This document shows positions 8,870 through 20,076 of a stretch of 64,000 nucleotides of DNA, piece by piece. This DNA comes from Lachnospiraceae bacterium (GTDB lineage: Bacteria; Bacillota; Clostridia; Lachnospirales; Lachnospiraceae). The position numbers and the translations under genes were made by a program. The stretch is taken from NCBI GenBank assembly GCA_024690605.1, contig JAILOV010000063.1, forward strand, positions 15,790 through 79,789, written 5' to 3'. The notes under the pieces are model-generated. The model ran no database searches and had not been told where the DNA came from. It saw nothing but the letters and a program-made list of their open reading frames with translations. The number at the start of each line of letters is the position of its first letter. Positions within the stretch are counted from its first letter, which is position 1.

Positions 8870-10765
8870 TTAGACTTCCCGATAGTCTCCGTCGACCACA
8901 TCATCGTTGCCGCTGTTGTTCGCGCCGCTGTCTCCGGCACCGGCCGCACCGCCCATATCGGGGCCCATGCCGCCCATGTTCGGACCCGCGCCCGCGGCGC
9001 CCTGCGCATTCTCATAGACCTTGGCAAACAGCGCCTGCGCGTCTGTCATGAGTTTTTCCTTCTTGGACTTGATGTCATCGATCTCCCCGTCCGTGAGCTC
9101 TCTGTCCTTGGTCTGCTCAAGCACATCCTTCAGACCCTTCAGGTCGTCCTCGACGGTCGCCTTCTGCGCCGGATCGATCTTGTCGCCGACATCGTTCAGG
9201 GCCTTCTCCGTCTGGAACACAAAGCTGTCCGCCTCGTTGCGGGCATCGATGCCCTCCTTGCGCTTCTTGTCCTGCGCCTCAAACTCGGCCGCTTCCTTGA
9301 CCGCCTTTTCGATATCCTCGTCGCTCATGTTGGAGCCCGCCGTGATCGTGATGTGCTGCTCCTTGCCGGTGCCGAGATCCTTGGCGGACACATTGACGAT
9401 ACCGTTGGCATCGATATCAAAGGTGACCTCGATCTGCGGTACGCCTCGCATGGCCGGCGGGATGCCGTCCAGACGGAACTGACCGAGGGATTTGTTGTCA
9501 CGCGCGAACTGACGCTCGCCCTGCAGGACATTGATGTCCACCGCGGTCTGGTTGTCCGCTGCCGTCGAGAACACCTGGCTCTTCTTGGTCGGGATCGTCG
9601 TGTTGCGCTCGATCAGTCTCGTCGCCACACCGCCCATGGTCTCGATCGACAGAGACAGCGGCGTCACGTCCAGAAGCAGGATGTCGCCGGCACCCGCATC
9701 GCCCGCGAGCTTGCCGCCCTGCACGGACGCGCCGATCGCGACGCACTCATCCGGGTTCAGGGTCTTGGAAGGCTCCTTGCCGGTGAGCTGCTTCACCTTG
9801 TCAACGACGCAGGGAACGCGCGTCGAACCGCCGACCAGCAGCACCTGTCCGAGATCGGAATTGGAAAGGCCCGCGTCCTTCATCGCGTTCTGCACCGGGA
9901 TCGCCGTCTTCTCGACGAGATCGCTGATCAGCTCCTCGAACTTCGCACGGGAAAGATCCATGTCAAAGTGCTTGGGGCCGTCCGCCGTCGCCGTGATGAA
10001 CGGCAGGTTGATGTTGGTGGTCGTCGTGGAGGAAAGCTCCTTCTTCGCTTTCTCCGCCGCTTCCTTTAAGCGCTGCATCGCCATCTTGTCGCCGGAGAGG
10101 TCAACGCCCTCCTTCTTCTTGAACTCCTCGACCATCCAGTTCATGACGCGATTGTCAAAGTCATCGCCGCCCAGATGCGTGTCGCCGTTGGTCGCAAGCA
10201 CCTCGATGACGCCGTCGCCGATCTCGATGATAGACACATCAAAGGTGCCGCCGCCGAGGTCATAGACCATGATCTTCTGCTCTTTTTCGTTGTCAAGGCC
10301 GTAAGCCAGCGCCGCCGCCGTGGGTTCGTTGATGATACGCTTGACCTCAAGGCCGGCGATCTTGCCGGCATCCTTGGTCGCCTGACGCTGTGCGTCGTTG
10401 AAGTAAGCGGGGACCGTGATGACCGCCTCGTTGACCTTTTCTCCGAGGTACTGCTCCGCGTCCGCCTTTAATTTCTGCAGGATCATGGCGGAGATCATCT
10501 GCGGCGAATACTTCTTGTCATCAATATTGCGGCCGCGGTCGGTGCCCATGTCACGCTTGATGGACGAGATGGTGCGGTCCGCGTTGGTGACCGCCTGTCT
10601 CTTGGCAGGCTCGCCGACCAGACGCTCACCGGTCTTGGTGAATGCTACGATGGACGGTGTGGTGCGCGCACCCTCGGCGTTCGCGATAACGGTTGGCTTG
10701 CCGCCCTCCATGACCGCCACGCAGCTGTTTGTTGTTCCCAGGTCGATACCGATGATCTTGCTCAT
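8870..10765 (-). CDS. dnaK: Chaperone DnaK
   Basis: [44 protein letters not shown]. Confidence 0.98.
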   Translation of the reverse strand: MSKIIGIDLGTTNSCVAVMEGGKPTVIANAEGARTTPSIVAFTKTGERLVGEPAKRQAVTNADRTISSIKRDMGTDRGRNIDDKKYSPQMISAMILQKLKADAEQYLGEKVNEAVITVPAYFNDAQRQATKDAGKIAGLEVKRIINEPTAAALAYGLDNEKEQKIMVYDLGGGTFDVSIIEIGDGVIEVLATNGDTHLGGDDFDNRVMNWMVEEFKKKEGVDLSGDKMAMQRLKEAAEKAKKELSSTTTTNINLPFITATADGPKHFDMDLSRAKFEELISDLVEKTAIPVQNAMKDAGLSNSDLGQVLLVGGSTRVPCVVDKVKQLTGKEPSKTLNPDECVAIGASVQGGKLAGDAGAGDILLLDVTPLSLSIETMGGVATRLIERNTTIPTKKSQVFSTAADNQTAVDINVLQGERQFARDNKSLGQFRLDGIPPAMRGVPQIEVTFDIDANGIVNVSAKDLGTGKEQHITITAGSNMSDEDIEKAVKEAAEFEAQDKKRKEGIDARNEADSFVFQTEKALNDVGDKIDPAQKATVEDDLKGLKDVLEQTKDRELTDGEIDDIKSKKEKLMTDAQALFAKVYENAQGAAGAGPNMGGMGPDMGGAAGAGDSGANNSGNDDVVDGDYREV

Positions 10766-10796
10766 TGCTTTATCCTCCTCTTATGATAATTCACAA

Positions 10797-11459
10797 CTAC
10801 TCCGAGACGGCCACCATACTGTGACGTATGACCGTATCGTGATACATGTATCCCTTCTGCATCTCCTGCGCGACCGTGCCGGAAGGAAATTCCTCCGTTG
10901 CCTCCGTCTGCATGACCGCGTTGTGGAAATTCGGATCAAATTCCGTGCCGAGCGCTTCGATCGGCGTGACCCCCAGATCCTCGAGCATCTTGGACAGCTG
11001 CTTGTAGATCATCTGCATGCCCTCGGCAAATGCTTTGTTTTCCTCGTTCTCCGGCGCCGATGCCAGTCCTCTCTCAAAGTTGTCGACCACCGGCAGGAGC
11101 TTTTCGATCACATGCGCCGCGCCGGTGTCGAACATCTGTGACTTCTCCCTGTCCGTGCGCTTGCGGAAGTTCTCGAATTCGGCCATCTGCCGCATGCATT
11201 TGTCCTGCAGCTCTTTGATCTGCTCCTTCAGCGGATCGGGCTTTTCGGCTTTTTCCTTTTTCTTTCCGAACAGGGACTTTTTCCCGTTCGCGGGCGCGTC
11301 CGCCGATCCCTCCTCCGCAGGCGCTCCCTCTGTGCTTCCTTCTGCGGGAGCTTCCGCCGTCTCAGCGGCTTCACTGCTGTCCGGCGTTTCAGCCTCCGTC
11401 ACCGCGGCTTCCTCCGTCTGCTGTTCGACCGCCTTCTTTTCTTTTTCCGTCTTTGCCAT
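10797..11459 (-). CDS. grpE: Nucleotide exchange factor GrpE
   Basis: AEFENFRKR, LLPVVDNFERGL, FDPNFHNAVMQ, MQKGY; located between hrcA and dnaK. Confidence 0.96.
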   Translation of the reverse strand: MAKTEKEKKAVEQQTEEAAVTEAETPDSSEAAETAEAPAEGSTEGAPAEEGSADAPANGKKSLFGKKKEKAEKPDPLKEQIKELQDKCMRQMAEFENFRKRTDREKSQMFDTGAAHVIEKLLPVVDNFERGLASAPENEENKAFAEGMQMIYKQLSKMLEDLGVTPIEALGTEFDPNFHNAVMQTEATEEFPSGTVAQEMQKGYMYHDTVIRHSMVAVSE

Positions 11460-11478
11460 CTCCTGTCACCTCTTGTTT

Positions 11479-12507
11479 CTATTTCTTATACAGTTCATCC
11501 ATCTGCCGCATGACATTCTTCATGATCGAGACCACCCGGTCATAGTCCATGCGCTTGGGTCCGATCACGCCGATCGTGCCGCGCATCCCCTGCCCCAGAT
11601 CATAGGTCGCCGTCACCACGCTGCAATCCTGCATGGTCTCGACCGGTGCCTCACTCCCGATGTAGACCTGGATGCCTTCCGCCTGATCAGCCTGCGAGAG
11701 GGATTTGATCGCGATGCTTTCCAGCTCCGTCTTCTCCTCAAAGGTCGTGATCAGTGCCGATGCCTTGCCCTTGTCCGCCAGCTCCGGATAACGGAAGATG
11801 TTGTTCGTGCCGCTCGTGTAGATCTCCAGATTCTCGTCTCCGCGGATCGTCTCTGCCGCCGCATCGATCACCTTGGCCACGATTTCTCCGTGATCTCCCG
11901 CTTCCTTTTTCAGTGCCGCGATCATGCCGAGATTGATCTCATCCACCGAAAGACCGTTCAGTCTTGTGTTGAGCAGCATGTTGAGCTTCAGGATCGTCTC
12001 GTCGTCGGGATTCTCTTCCACGTCGATCATGCGGTTCTTGATGACGTTACCCTCCATCACGACCGTCGCCAGCAAATGCACCGCGTCCACGCGCGAGATC
12101 TGCATGAACTTGATCCGGTTGCCTTTCAGCGCGGGCGCCGAGATCATCGTCGCATAGTTGGTGTTGACCGCCAGAAGCTTTGCGACCTGCTTCAGCATCT
12201 TTTCAAGCTTCTCTTCCCGCTCCAGCAACAGTTCCTTCATCTCGTCGACTTCGCGTTCCTTGTTTCTTAACATCTCGTCGACATAGAGCCGGTAGCCGAG
12301 ATCCGAGGGGATCCGTCCGGCCGAGGTATGCGGCTGCACGATCAGTCCCATTTCTTCCAGATCCGCCATCTCGTTGCGGATCGTCGCGGAACTCAGATTG
12401 AGATCCGTATCCTTGGAGATCGTGCGGGATCCCACCGGTTCACCTGTTGCCAGATAGTTGCGCACGATCGCGTGCAGGATCTTGGTTTTCCGTTCGTCCA
12501 ACTGCAT
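11479..12507 (-). CDS. hrcA: Heat-inducible transcription repressor HrcA
   Basis: YLATGEPVGSRTI, SSATIRNEMADLEEMG, QPHTSAGRIPS, IGVIGPKRMDY. Confidence 0.97.
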   Translation of the reverse strand: MQLDERKTKILHAIVRNYLATGEPVGSRTISKDTDLNLSSATIRNEMADLEEMGLIVQPHTSAGRIPSDLGYRLYVDEMLRNKEREVDEMKELLLEREEKLEKMLKQVAKLLAVNTNYATMISAPALKGNRIKFMQISRVDAVHLLATVVMEGNVIKNRMIDVEENPDDETILKLNMLLNTRLNGLSVDEINLGMIAALKKEAGDHGEIVAKVIDAAAETIRGDENLEIYTSGTNNIFRYPELADKGKASALITTFEEKTELESIAIKSLSQADQAEGIQVYIGSEAPVETMQDCSVVTATYDLGQGMRGTIGVIGPKRMDYDRVVSIMKNVMRQMDELYKK

Positions 12508-12528
12508 ATCTTCTCTCCGGGGAGGGTG

Positions 12529-12555
12529 TTAGCACTCACCTCTTTTGAGTGCTAA
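12529..12555. promoter_or_regulatory. CIRCE operator (HrcA binding site)
   Basis: Perfect TTAGCACTC-N9-GAGTGCTAA upstream of hrcA. Confidence 0.97.
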
Positions 12556-12569
12556 CATGCACTGAACAT

Positions 12570-12598
12570 AAAATAACACGCCGCACCCCCGATGTCAA
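12570..12598 (-). promoter_or_regulatory. sigma-A promoter of the hrcA operon
   Basis: Minus strand TTGACA(12598-12593)-17 bp-TATTTT with extended TG. Confidence 0.55.
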
Positions 12599-12650
12599 CA
12601 AGGATGCGGCGCAAAAAGTATAAAATAAATATTAAGAAAACGGGAAACGA

Positions 12651-13268
12651 TCAGATATCGTAGGAACCGCTCGTGTCGCCGTTGATGACGTAGTAGACCT
12701 TGCCCTCCTCCGGCTTGACATAGAGTTCCATGTTCTTGATGTCCGACACCTTGCCGCCCAGATCATAGCGCCATACGTTCTTGGCGTTCTCCACAAGCGT
12801 CTTGTAGGGCAGGCTCTTCTCGCCGAACTGCAGGACGAAATTGACCTTTTTCACGAGGCTGATCGTGGAAGCGACCGAGCGCTTCTTTGCGGGTGCCTTC
12901 TTTGCGGAGGCCTTCTTCGCAGGAGCAGCCTTCTTAACGGAAGCCGCCTTCTTCGCGGGAGCTGCCTTCTTCACAGGGGCCGCCTTCTTCGCAGGAGCCG
13001 CCTTCTTCGCGGGGGCTGCCTTCTTTGCGGGAGCCTTCTTCGCGGGAGCCGCCTTCTTTGCGGGGGCCTTCTTCGCGGGAGCCGCCTTCTTCACAGGTGT
13101 CTCCGCCTTCTTCTCCGCGGGTGCCGCAGCAACTGCCGGAGCCGCCGAAACCGCCGGGGCAGCCGGAGCCGGCATCTTCGCCACGGGCTTCTTTGCGACC
13201 GGTTTCTTAGCAACGGGCTTCACCGGCGCTGTTTCCTTTTTGATCTCTGTCTTTTTTTCTTCCTGCAT
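12651..13268 (-). CDS. Lys/Ala/Pro-rich histone-H1-like protein with conserved C-terminal domain (DUF6465-like)
   Basis: About 13 (A)APAKK-type repeats, then LQFGEKS...AKNVW...MELYVKPEEGKVYYVING. Confidence 0.7.
   Translation of the reverse strand: MQEEKKTEIKKETAPVKPVAKKPVAKKPVAKMPAPAAPAVSAAPAVAAAPAEKKAETPVKKAAPAKKAPAKKAAPAKKAPAKKAAPAKKAAPAKKAAPVKKAAPAKKAASVKKAAPAKKASAKKAPAKKRSVASTISLVKKVNFVLQFGEKSLPYKTLVENAKNVWRYDLGGKVSDIKNMELYVKPEEGKVYYVINGDTSGSYDI
12880..13100. repeat. Coding tandem repeat of 15/18-bp units (gccttcttcgcggga-like)
   Basis: Visible repeated gccttcttcgc(g/a)gga(gcc) units encoding PAKKA / PAKKAA. Confidence 0.85.
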
Positions 13269-13405
13269 TTCTGTTTCCTCCCCGATCTCTGATCGGCCAT
13301 CCCCGTAGATACAAAAATATCTACATCAACAAAAAATGTTTCTGCACTTACCATACCGCACATTTTCGCGGTTGTCAAACACTTCTACAAAAAATAAGCC
13401 CGATT

Positions 13406-14269
13406 TTACGCGCCGATCAGGGCTCGGATCCCGAAAACGACCAGCACCACAACGCCCAGCACGATGCGGTACCATCCGAAGATGCGGAAATCATGCCTTC
13501 GGATGTAGTCCATCAGAAAACGGATCACGGCGATCGACACGGCAAACGCGATGATCATGCCGACCGCGAGGAGGCTCAGCTCCGCTCCGGTAAAGCGCAT
13601 GCCGTCATGAAGAAACTTCACGATCTTTAACAGACTTGCGCCGAACATCACGGGAACCGCGAGGAAAAAAGTAAATTCCGCCGCGACCGAACGCTTCACG
13701 CCGATGAGCAGCGCGCCCAGGATCGTCGCACCCGAACGCGATGTCCCGGGAAAAACCGCCGCGAGCACCTGAAAGCCGCCGATGATCAACGCCGTTTTCA
13801 GATCGATCTCCTCCAGTTCGTAGATCTTCGGTTTCTTTCCCGCGTTGTTCTTTTCTACGAGCAGGAAGCCGACACCGAAAACGATCAGCGCGATCGCCAC
13901 CGGCACCGCGTGATAGAACAGCGCGTCAAACACATCGTCAAAGAGCAGACCGATCACCGCGGCCGGTACGCAGGCAATGAGGATCAGCACCCAAAGGCCC
14001 ACGATCTCCGGCCGGATCCCGATGCTGCTCTTTTTCCTTTTCCGGTTCCGCCGGATGGTAAACGGCCAGAGACGGTCAAAATAGATCACGATCACCGCCA
14101 TGACGGCGCCGAGCTGGATCACCACGAGGAACACATCCCAGAAGGCCTCGGAAACCTCCATCTTCAGAAACTCGTTCAGCAGGATCATGTGGCCCGTCGA
14201 ACTGATCGGCAGCCACTCCGTGATCCCCTCTACAATGCCGTAGATGATCGCCTTCAGTACATTCAGCAT
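13406..14269 (-). CDS. uppP: Undecaprenyl-diphosphatase UppP/BacA
   Basis: GIVEGITEWLPISSTGH, IQLGA, PGTSRSGATI; multiple hydrophobic segments. Confidence 0.95.
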   Translation of the reverse strand: MLNVLKAIIYGIVEGITEWLPISSTGHMILLNEFLKMEVSEAFWDVFLVVIQLGAVMAVIVIYFDRLWPFTIRRNRKRKKSSIGIRPEIVGLWVLILIACVPAAVIGLLFDDVFDALFYHAVPVAIALIVFGVGFLLVEKNNAGKKPKIYELEEIDLKTALIIGGFQVLAAVFPGTSRSGATILGALLIGVKRSVAAEFTFFLAVPVMFGASLLKIVKFLHDGMRFTGAELSLLAVGMIIAFAVSIAVIRFLMDYIRRHDFRIFGWYRIVLGVVVLVVFGIRALIGA

Positions 14270-15456
14270 GTTCCGTATTCCTCCCTGGTGAATCTCTCCA
14301 GCGCATCAAGCGAACGACGCACCTTGTCCGTATCGATACAGTAGGCCATGCGGAAGAATCCGGGCGCGCCGAAACCGTCGGCGGGCACCAGGATCAGGTC
14401 ATATTTCTTTGCCTTCTCACAGAAGGCGATCGAATCCTCCTCCATGGCTTTCGGCAGGATATAAAAGGTTCCGCCGGGTTTCACCACGGAATAGCCCAGA
14501 GAGACCAGCTTATCATACAGAAGATTCCGGTTCGTCTCATAGACGGAAAGATCACTGGTCAGATCGCAGGTGTGGCCGACCGCGATCTGGATGATCGACG
14601 GCGGGCAGTTGTGTCCCAGCCCGCGCGAGATCTGTCCGCACATCGGCACGATCCTCTCCGCTTTTTCGCAGGCGGGGTTCACCGCCACGTAGCCGATACG
14701 CTCACCCGGCAGGGAAAGCGCCTTGGAAAACGAGTAGCACGAAAGGGTGTGATCGTAGAATTTTGATACATAGGGAGCCTCTTTCCCGTCAAACACGATC
14801 TCCCGGTAAGGTTCATCGGAGAGGAGAAAGATCGTGCGGCCAAAGCGTTTCGACGCATCGGTGAGCATCGCGGCAAGCCTTGTGAGGGTCTCCTCGGAGT
14901 AGACAACACCCGAGGGATTGTTCGGCGTGTTGATGAGCACCGCCGCTACCGTATCATCCAGCATGGACGCAAACGCGTCAAAATTGATCTGGAACTGCTC
15001 CCGGTCGGCAGGCACCACGGAGAGCGTAAGGTCCGCGCCGGTGATGTAGGGATTGTATTCCGGAAAATACGGCGCAAAGGTGAGCACGGTGTCCCCCGGC
15101 TTTGTCACGGCGCGCACCGCATGCGCGATCGCACCCGCCGCGCCCGTCGTCGGAAAAATGTGTCCCGCCGTGTAGTTCATCCCGAAACGCCGGTTCAGGG
15201 ATTCCGCGATCAGCTGCTTGAATTCCGGATTGCCGAGTGTCGGCGAATAGCCGTGCAGCGCCATCGGATCCTCTTCCCTGAGCAGTCGCACCATCTCATC
15301 GGTAAACGCCTGCGGCGCGGGGACGGAAGGGTTGCCGAGGCTGTAGTCAAACACATTGTCGTAGCCGATCTCCTGTCCTCTTGCCGTCGCGAATTCCGAC
15401 AGCACGCGGATGATGTTCTTTGCGTTCAGCATATTCTCATAAACTTCATTGATCAT
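14263..15456 (-). CDS. PLP-dependent aminotransferase, class I/II
   Basis: SLGNP, INTPNNPSG, SDEPYREI, SFSKALSLPGERIGY. Confidence 0.9.
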   Translation of the reverse strand: MINEVYENMLNAKNIIRVLSEFATARGQEIGYDNVFDYSLGNPSVPAPQAFTDEMVRLLREEDPMALHGYSPTLGNPEFKQLIAESLNRRFGMNYTAGHIFPTTGAAGAIAHAVRAVTKPGDTVLTFAPYFPEYNPYITGADLTLSVVPADREQFQINFDAFASMLDDTVAAVLINTPNNPSGVVYSEETLTRLAAMLTDASKRFGRTIFLLSDEPYREIVFDGKEAPYVSKFYDHTLSCYSFSKALSLPGERIGYVAVNPACEKAERIVPMCGQISRGLGHNCPPSIIQIAVGHTCDLTSDLSVYETNRNLLYDKLVSLGYSVVKPGGTFYILPKAMEEDSIAFCEKAKKYDLILVPADGFGAPGFFRMAYCIDTDKVRRSLDALERFTREEYGTC

Positions 15457-18400
15457 GATCTCCTCCGTCTTCTCCGCCGTCTCTTTTCAGCAGATAGTGT
15501 TCCATTGTCGCGATCATCTCCTCCGCCCGGCAAAGCAGCTGTTTCTCCCGCTCCTTCTCCCCGCTCTGCGCCTGAAAGCGAAGCACAAATTCCGGCACGC
15601 CGGTCGCATAGAAGCTCACGGTCTTCTGACAGGCATTGAGAAAAGGTGTCACGCCCTCCACGCGGATCCGCGCGTCCCGCTGCATCTTCACTGAGATCTG
15701 ACCCGCGCGTCCGGTCATCTGCGTGATGTAGAGTCTGTGCGCCCGCGCGCGCAGGACGCTCACCCGCAGCAGGTTGTCGACGCTCTCCGGCGGTTCGCCG
15801 AAACGATCGATCAGTTCCTCCCGCATATCCTCACGCTCCGCGTCCGTCTCGATCCCGGCGATCCGTTTGTAGATCTCCAGCTTCTGTTCCTCATTCCTGA
15901 TGTATTCGGCAGGGATGAAGGCATCCGTCGTGAGATCGATGAGCGTTGTGAACGATGACAGCCGGTCGTCCTCCGCTTCGGGATCCGCCTTTTTCTCCTT
16001 TACCGCCTGCGCGAGCAGCTTGCAGTAAAGATCATAGCCGATCTCCTGGATATGTCCGCTCTGGCTTTTCCCGAGGAGATTTCCGGCACCGCGGATCTCC
16101 AGATCCCGCATGGCGATCTTGAAACCGCTCCCGAGATCCGTGAACTCACGGATCGCGAGGAGACGTTTCTCGGCGACCTCCTTGAGCATCTTGTCCCGCT
16201 GATACAGCAAAAACGCATAGGCCGTCCGGTTGGAGCGTCCCACGCGCCCGCGCAGCTGATAAAGCTGCGAGAGGCCCATCTTGTCCGCATCATGGATGAT
16301 CATCGTGTTCACGTTGGGAATGTCGAGCCCCGTTTCGATGATCGTCGTCGAGACCAGCACGTCGATCGCCCCGTCGATGAAATCATACATGATCTTCTCG
16401 AGTTCGTTTTCAGGCATCTGCCCGTGCGCGTAGGCGACGCGCGCCTGCGGCACCAGCGCCTGCAGAGAGGCTGCCACATCGGCGATGCGGTTCACCCGGT
16501 TATAAACATAATACACCTGACCGTTTCGCGCAAGTTCTCTGGCGATCGCCTCGCGGACCAGTTCCTCATGATATTCCGTAACAAAGGTCTGGATCGGCAG
16601 ACGGTCATTGGGCGCCTCCTCCAGAAGGCTCATGTCCCGGATACCGATCAGGCTCATGTGCAGCGTTCGCGGGATCGGTGTCGCGGAAAGCGTGATCACA
16701 TCGACGCTCTCCCTGAGTTTTTTGATCTTCTCCTTGTGCGCAACGCCGAAACGCTGTTCCTCATCAACGACGAGCAGTCCCAGGTTTTTGTAGTGCACAT
16801 CCTTGGACAAAAGCCGATGCGTGCCGATCACGATATCGACCGCGCCGTTCCCGATCCCCTCCACCGTCCGTTTCTGCTCGCCTGCTGTCCGGAATCTGGA
16901 GAGCAGTTCTACATGCACCGGATAGTCCTGCATGCGCCGCACAAAGGTGTTGTAGTGCTGCTGGGCAAGGATCGTCGTGGGCACGAGGACCGCCACCTGT
17001 TTCCCATCCTGCACAGCCTTGAAGGCCGCGCGGATCGCGATCTCCGTTTTGCCGAAGCCGACATCGCCGCAGATCAGGCGATCCATGATCCGCGCGGACT
17101 CCATATCTTCCTTGACGGCCGCGATCGCGTCCAGCTGATCCGCCGTTTCCTCAAACGGAAACGCATCCTCAAATTCACGCTGCCAGACCGTGTCCGGTCC
17201 GAAAGAAAACCCTTTCGCGTTCTGCCGTTTTGCGTAGAGCTCGACCAGATCGGAGGCGATCGTGTCGACCGCACTCTTCACTTTGGCCTTGGTATGCTGC
17301 CATTCGCTGCCGCCCAGTTTGTTGAGCTTTACTCTGCGCGGTCGCCCCTCGTCATCCGCGCCGGCGGCATATTTCTGCAGCACGTCGACGCCGGTCGCGA
17401 GCACGTAGAGGATGCCCCCGTCTCCGTACTCCACCTTGATATAGTCCCGGAGCGCATGATCCGTCTCGATCTTTTCGATGCCGCGATAGATCCCGAGCCC
17501 GTGATCCTCGTGCACGACATAGTCCCCGATATGAAGGTCCGCAAAGCTCCCGATCTTCTCGCCGCGGTAATTCGATTTCTTTTTTCTCTTCCGGCGCTTC
17601 TCCGGCGTGAAGATATCGCTCTCCGAGATCAGTGAAAAGCCGGCCCCGGGAAGCGCGAATCCGTGCGCCAGCCGTCCGTAATAGAGCATCACCTCACCCG
17701 GCTGCAGAATGCGCGAGGGATCTTCGTTGTAGAATGCCGTCACATCGAATGCGCGCAGTTCTTCGACCAGGCGCTTTGCGCGCGAACGGATCCCGGAGAT
17801 GATGATGACTTTTTCCTTTTTCCGCACCCGCTCCCTTACCTCTTCCGCGAGCCTCGGAAAGCTGTTGTTGTAGGGCGCGATCCCCGCCGTCGTAATGGTG
17901 AAGCTTTCCCGGGGAAGCAGCAGGGAAAGTCCCGCGGGAAGAGGAAGAGCGGAAAGCGCGAGCACGCGTCGTGTCTCCAGCGGTCTCATTGCCTCTTCCA
18001 CGGAGAACAGAAGCTCCCCCTCTCCCGGGAGACAGAGCCCGGTCATCACCCGGTGCTCCAGGCTTTCCGAAAACTCTCTCGAGATCTCGACGGCCTGTTC
18101 GATCAGCCGCGCGGGTTCATCGATAAAGATCTCGCTCTCTCCGGGCGGAAAATAGTCGGTCAGCCGTGCGGCGTCCGGGTAGAAATACCGAAAGAACGGT
18201 TCCGCGTTGACGCTCCCAGGCGCCTCCTCCATCGCCTCAAGAAAGGCTTCCGTATCCGTTTTCAGGCGGTGCGCCTCTTTGGTCAGAAACTGTTCCCTGA
18301 GCTTCTGTTCCGTCACGGCCGCCTCCTCGCGGATCCGCTCCAGACCGCTTTTTTTGCGCACCGCATCCAGCACCATCTCCGTCGCGGGATAGACCGTCAC

Positions 18401-19051
18401 CGCCTCCATTTTATCCTGAGAACGCTGCGAGAGGATATCGAAGCACCGGATCGAGGTCACCTCGTCTCCCCAGAATTCAAAGCGCCAGGGCTCCTCCTGC
18501 GTCAGATCAAAGACATCGAGGATGTCCCCGCGCACGGCAAACTGTCCCGGCGCCTCGACAAGAGGCACACGCAGATAGCCCATGTCGACAAGGCGCGCGA
18601 TCATCTCCTCCTGCACGAGCGGTGTGCGCCTGTCAACGGCAAGTCGCATGGACCGTATCGCCTCCAGCGGGACCTGCGGTGCCAGAAGAGATGCCGCGGT
18701 CGCGACGACCGTCATCGGTCTGCCGTCAATGCGACGCCGCAGGACTCTGAGTCGCGCGGCCGCGATCTCGTTGCTGTGGATGTCCGCCTGAAAGAAGATC
18801 ACATCCTTGGACGGCCAAACCACGGTATTGCGGTCGTAAAAGGCATATTCATCGGCGATCTCCCGGCAGCGCAGCTCATTATGGGTGATGATCAGGCGAT
18901 AGCGGGCGCCGGAGGCCAGTGCGTCCGCCACAGCCCCCTTGGCAGCGTCTGACGGCCCCGACAGACCGATCAGAGAAGTGCTCTCCGACCAGGCCTCCTT
19001 CAGAGACGCAAATCCGTCCGTATCCAGAAGGGCTGCCTCAATCGCCCGCAC
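15446..19051 (-). CDS. mfd: Transcription-repair coupling factor Mfd
   Basis: [12 protein letters not shown] (RID), [38 protein letters not shown]-terminus. Confidence 0.97.
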   Translation of the reverse strand: MRAIEAALLDTDGFASLKEAWSESTSLIGLSGPSDAAKGAVADALASGARYRLIITHNELRCREIADEYAFYDRNTVVWPSKDVIFFQADIHSNEIAAARLRVLRRRIDGRPMTVVATAASLLAPQVPLEAIRSMRLAVDRRTPLVQEEMIARLVDMGYLRVPLVEAPGQFAVRGDILDVFDLTQEEPWRFEFWGDEVTSIRCFDILSQRSQDKMEAVTVYPATEMVLDAVRKKSGLERIREEAAVTEQKLREQFLTKEAHRLKTDTEAFLEAMEEAPGSVNAEPFFRYFYPDAARLTDYFPPGESEIFIDEPARLIEQAVEISREFSESLEHRVMTGLCLPGEGELLFSVEEAMRPLETRRVLALSALPLPAGLSLLLPRESFTITTAGIAPYNNSFPRLAEEVRERVRKKEKVIIISGIRSRAKRLVEELRAFDVTAFYNEDPSRILQPGEVMLYYGRLAHGFALPGAGFSLISESDIFTPEKRRKRKKKSNYRGEKIGSFADLHIGDYVVHEDHGLGIYRGIEKIETDHALRDYIKVEYGDGGILYVLATGVDVLQKYAAGADDEGRPRRVKLNKLGGSEWQHTKAKVKSAVDTIASDLVELYAKRQNAKGFSFGPDTVWQREFEDAFPFEETADQLDAIAAVKEDMESARIMDRLICGDVGFGKTEIAIRAAFKAVQDGKQVAVLVPTTILAQQHYNTFVRRMQDYPVHVELLSRFRTAGEQKRTVEGIGNGAVDIVIGTHRLLSKDVHYKNLGLLVVDEEQRFGVAHKEKIKKLRESVDVITLSATPIPRTLHMSLIGIRDMSLLEEAPNDRLPIQTFVTEYHEELVREAIARELARNGQVYYVYNRVNRIADVAASLQALVPQARVAYAHGQMPENELEKIMYDFIDGAIDVLVSTTIIETGLDIPNVNTMIIHDADKMGLSQLYQLRGRVGRSNRTAYAFLLYQRDKMLKEVAEKRLLAIREFTDLGSGFKIAMRDLEIRGAGNLLGKSQSGHIQEIGYDLYCKLLAQAVKEKKADPEAEDDRLSSFTTLIDLTTDAFIPAEYIRNEEQKLEIYKRIAGIETDAEREDMREELIDRFGEPPESVDNLLRVSVLRARAHRLYITQMTGRAGQISVKMQRDARIRVEGVTPFLNACQKTVSFYATGVPEFVLRFQAQSGEKEREKQLLCRAEEMIATMEHYLLKRDGGEDGGDHDQ

Positions 19052-19652
19052 GTGTTTCCTCCCCGGGCGCGCTCTCTCCGGATGCCGCTTTTCTGTTGAA
19101 CCGGTTCATTGCCGCGTCGATGCCGTCCGTGACAAAGCAGGCCGCCGCGTCGGCCGCCGCATCGATCACGCCGTCCATGACCGCCCATTCCTCTTTGCTG
19201 AAATTGCCGAGCACGTGCGGGATCAGATTGCCTCCGGCCACCGCTTCGCCGACGCCGACACGCAGACGGGGAAACGCTGTGGTCCCCAGAAGCTCGGCAA
19301 TGTTCTTTAAACCGTTATGGCCGCCGGCACTCCCGCCCTTTCTGAGACGCAGGGTCCCGGGCGGCAGATGGATGTCGTCAACGATCACCAGAAGTTCCGC
19401 CTGCGGATCGATCCGATAGTAGGAGGTGAGCGCCTGCAGGCTCTCACCGCTGGCGTTCATATAGGTCTGCGGTTTGACGAGGAGCACCTTGACACCTTCC
19501 ATCATCCCCGTTCCGGTCAGCGCTTTCCCCTCCGACTTGTTCACGCTGATCCCGTATCTTGCGGCGATCCGGTCCACACAAAGAAAACCCGTATTGTGAC
19601 GGGTTGCCAGATAACGGTTTTCCGGATTTCCCAGACCTGCGATCAGAAGCAT
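19038..19652 (-). CDS. pth: Peptidyl-tRNA hydrolase
   Basis: LIAGLGNP, TRHNTGF, KPQTYMNASG, GGSAGGHNGLKNI; start ATG 19652. Confidence 0.95.
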   Translation of the reverse strand: MLLIAGLGNPENRYLATRHNTGFLCVDRIAARYGISVNKSEGKALTGTGMMEGVKVLLVKPQTYMNASGESLQALTSYYRIDPQAELLVIVDDIHLPPGTLRLRKGGSAGGHNGLKNIAELLGTTAFPRLRVGVGEAVAGGNLIPHVLGNFSKEEWAVMDGVIDAAADAAACFVTDGIDAAMNRFNRKAASGESAPGEETRAGD

Positions 19653-19728
19653 ATTTTCCCCATGCATCCGAAACAGGAACGTGCCCGTCCGGACCCGTTC
19701 CTGTCCCTGCTTTTCACGTTGACCGGTT

Positions 19729-20022
19729 CTATTCGATCACGTCGGTCTCTGCATCCTCAGGCATGTTCCTGAGCGCTTCTTCGTAGCTCTCCAGGATGCT
19801 TTTCTGCAGAAGACCCCGCATCTCCTTGTTGATCGGATGCGCCACATCGCGGTAGGTGCCGTCCGTCGACTTCTTGCTCGGCATCGCGATAAACAACCCG
19901 TTCTCGCCCTCGATCACTTTGATGTCGTGGACAACAAACTCGTTGTCAAAGGTCACCGAGACGACGGCGCGCATTTTCCCCTCCAGCGCGACCTTGCGTA
20001 CTCTCACATCGGTAATGTTCAT
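19729..20022 (-). CDS. spoVG: Septation regulator SpoVG
   Basis: [10 protein letters not shown]...[28 protein letters not shown]...DVAHPIN. Confidence 0.96.
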   Translation of the reverse strand: MNITDVRVRKVALEGKMRAVVSVTFDNEFVVHDIKVIEGENGLFIAMPSKKSTDGTYRDVAHPINKEMRGLLQKSILESYEEALRNMPEDAETDVIE

Positions 20023-20076
20023 CTCCCCTCCTTTCCCCCAAAGGACAGCCTGTAAAGCGGAAACGCTCCGTATCGA

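Noticed and set aside
12880-13100. Repeat array as a CRISPR
   Set aside because: The repeats are contiguous 15/18-bp in-frame coding units with no unique spacers and no cas genes.
19673-19704. Hairpin acaggaacg...cgttcctgt between spoVG and pth
   Set aside because: No U-tract; most likely an mRNA stability or processing hairpin with no further evidence.
20051-20065. cre-like TGTAAAGCG upstream of spoVG
   Set aside because: Only a half-site matches; the right arm is absent.
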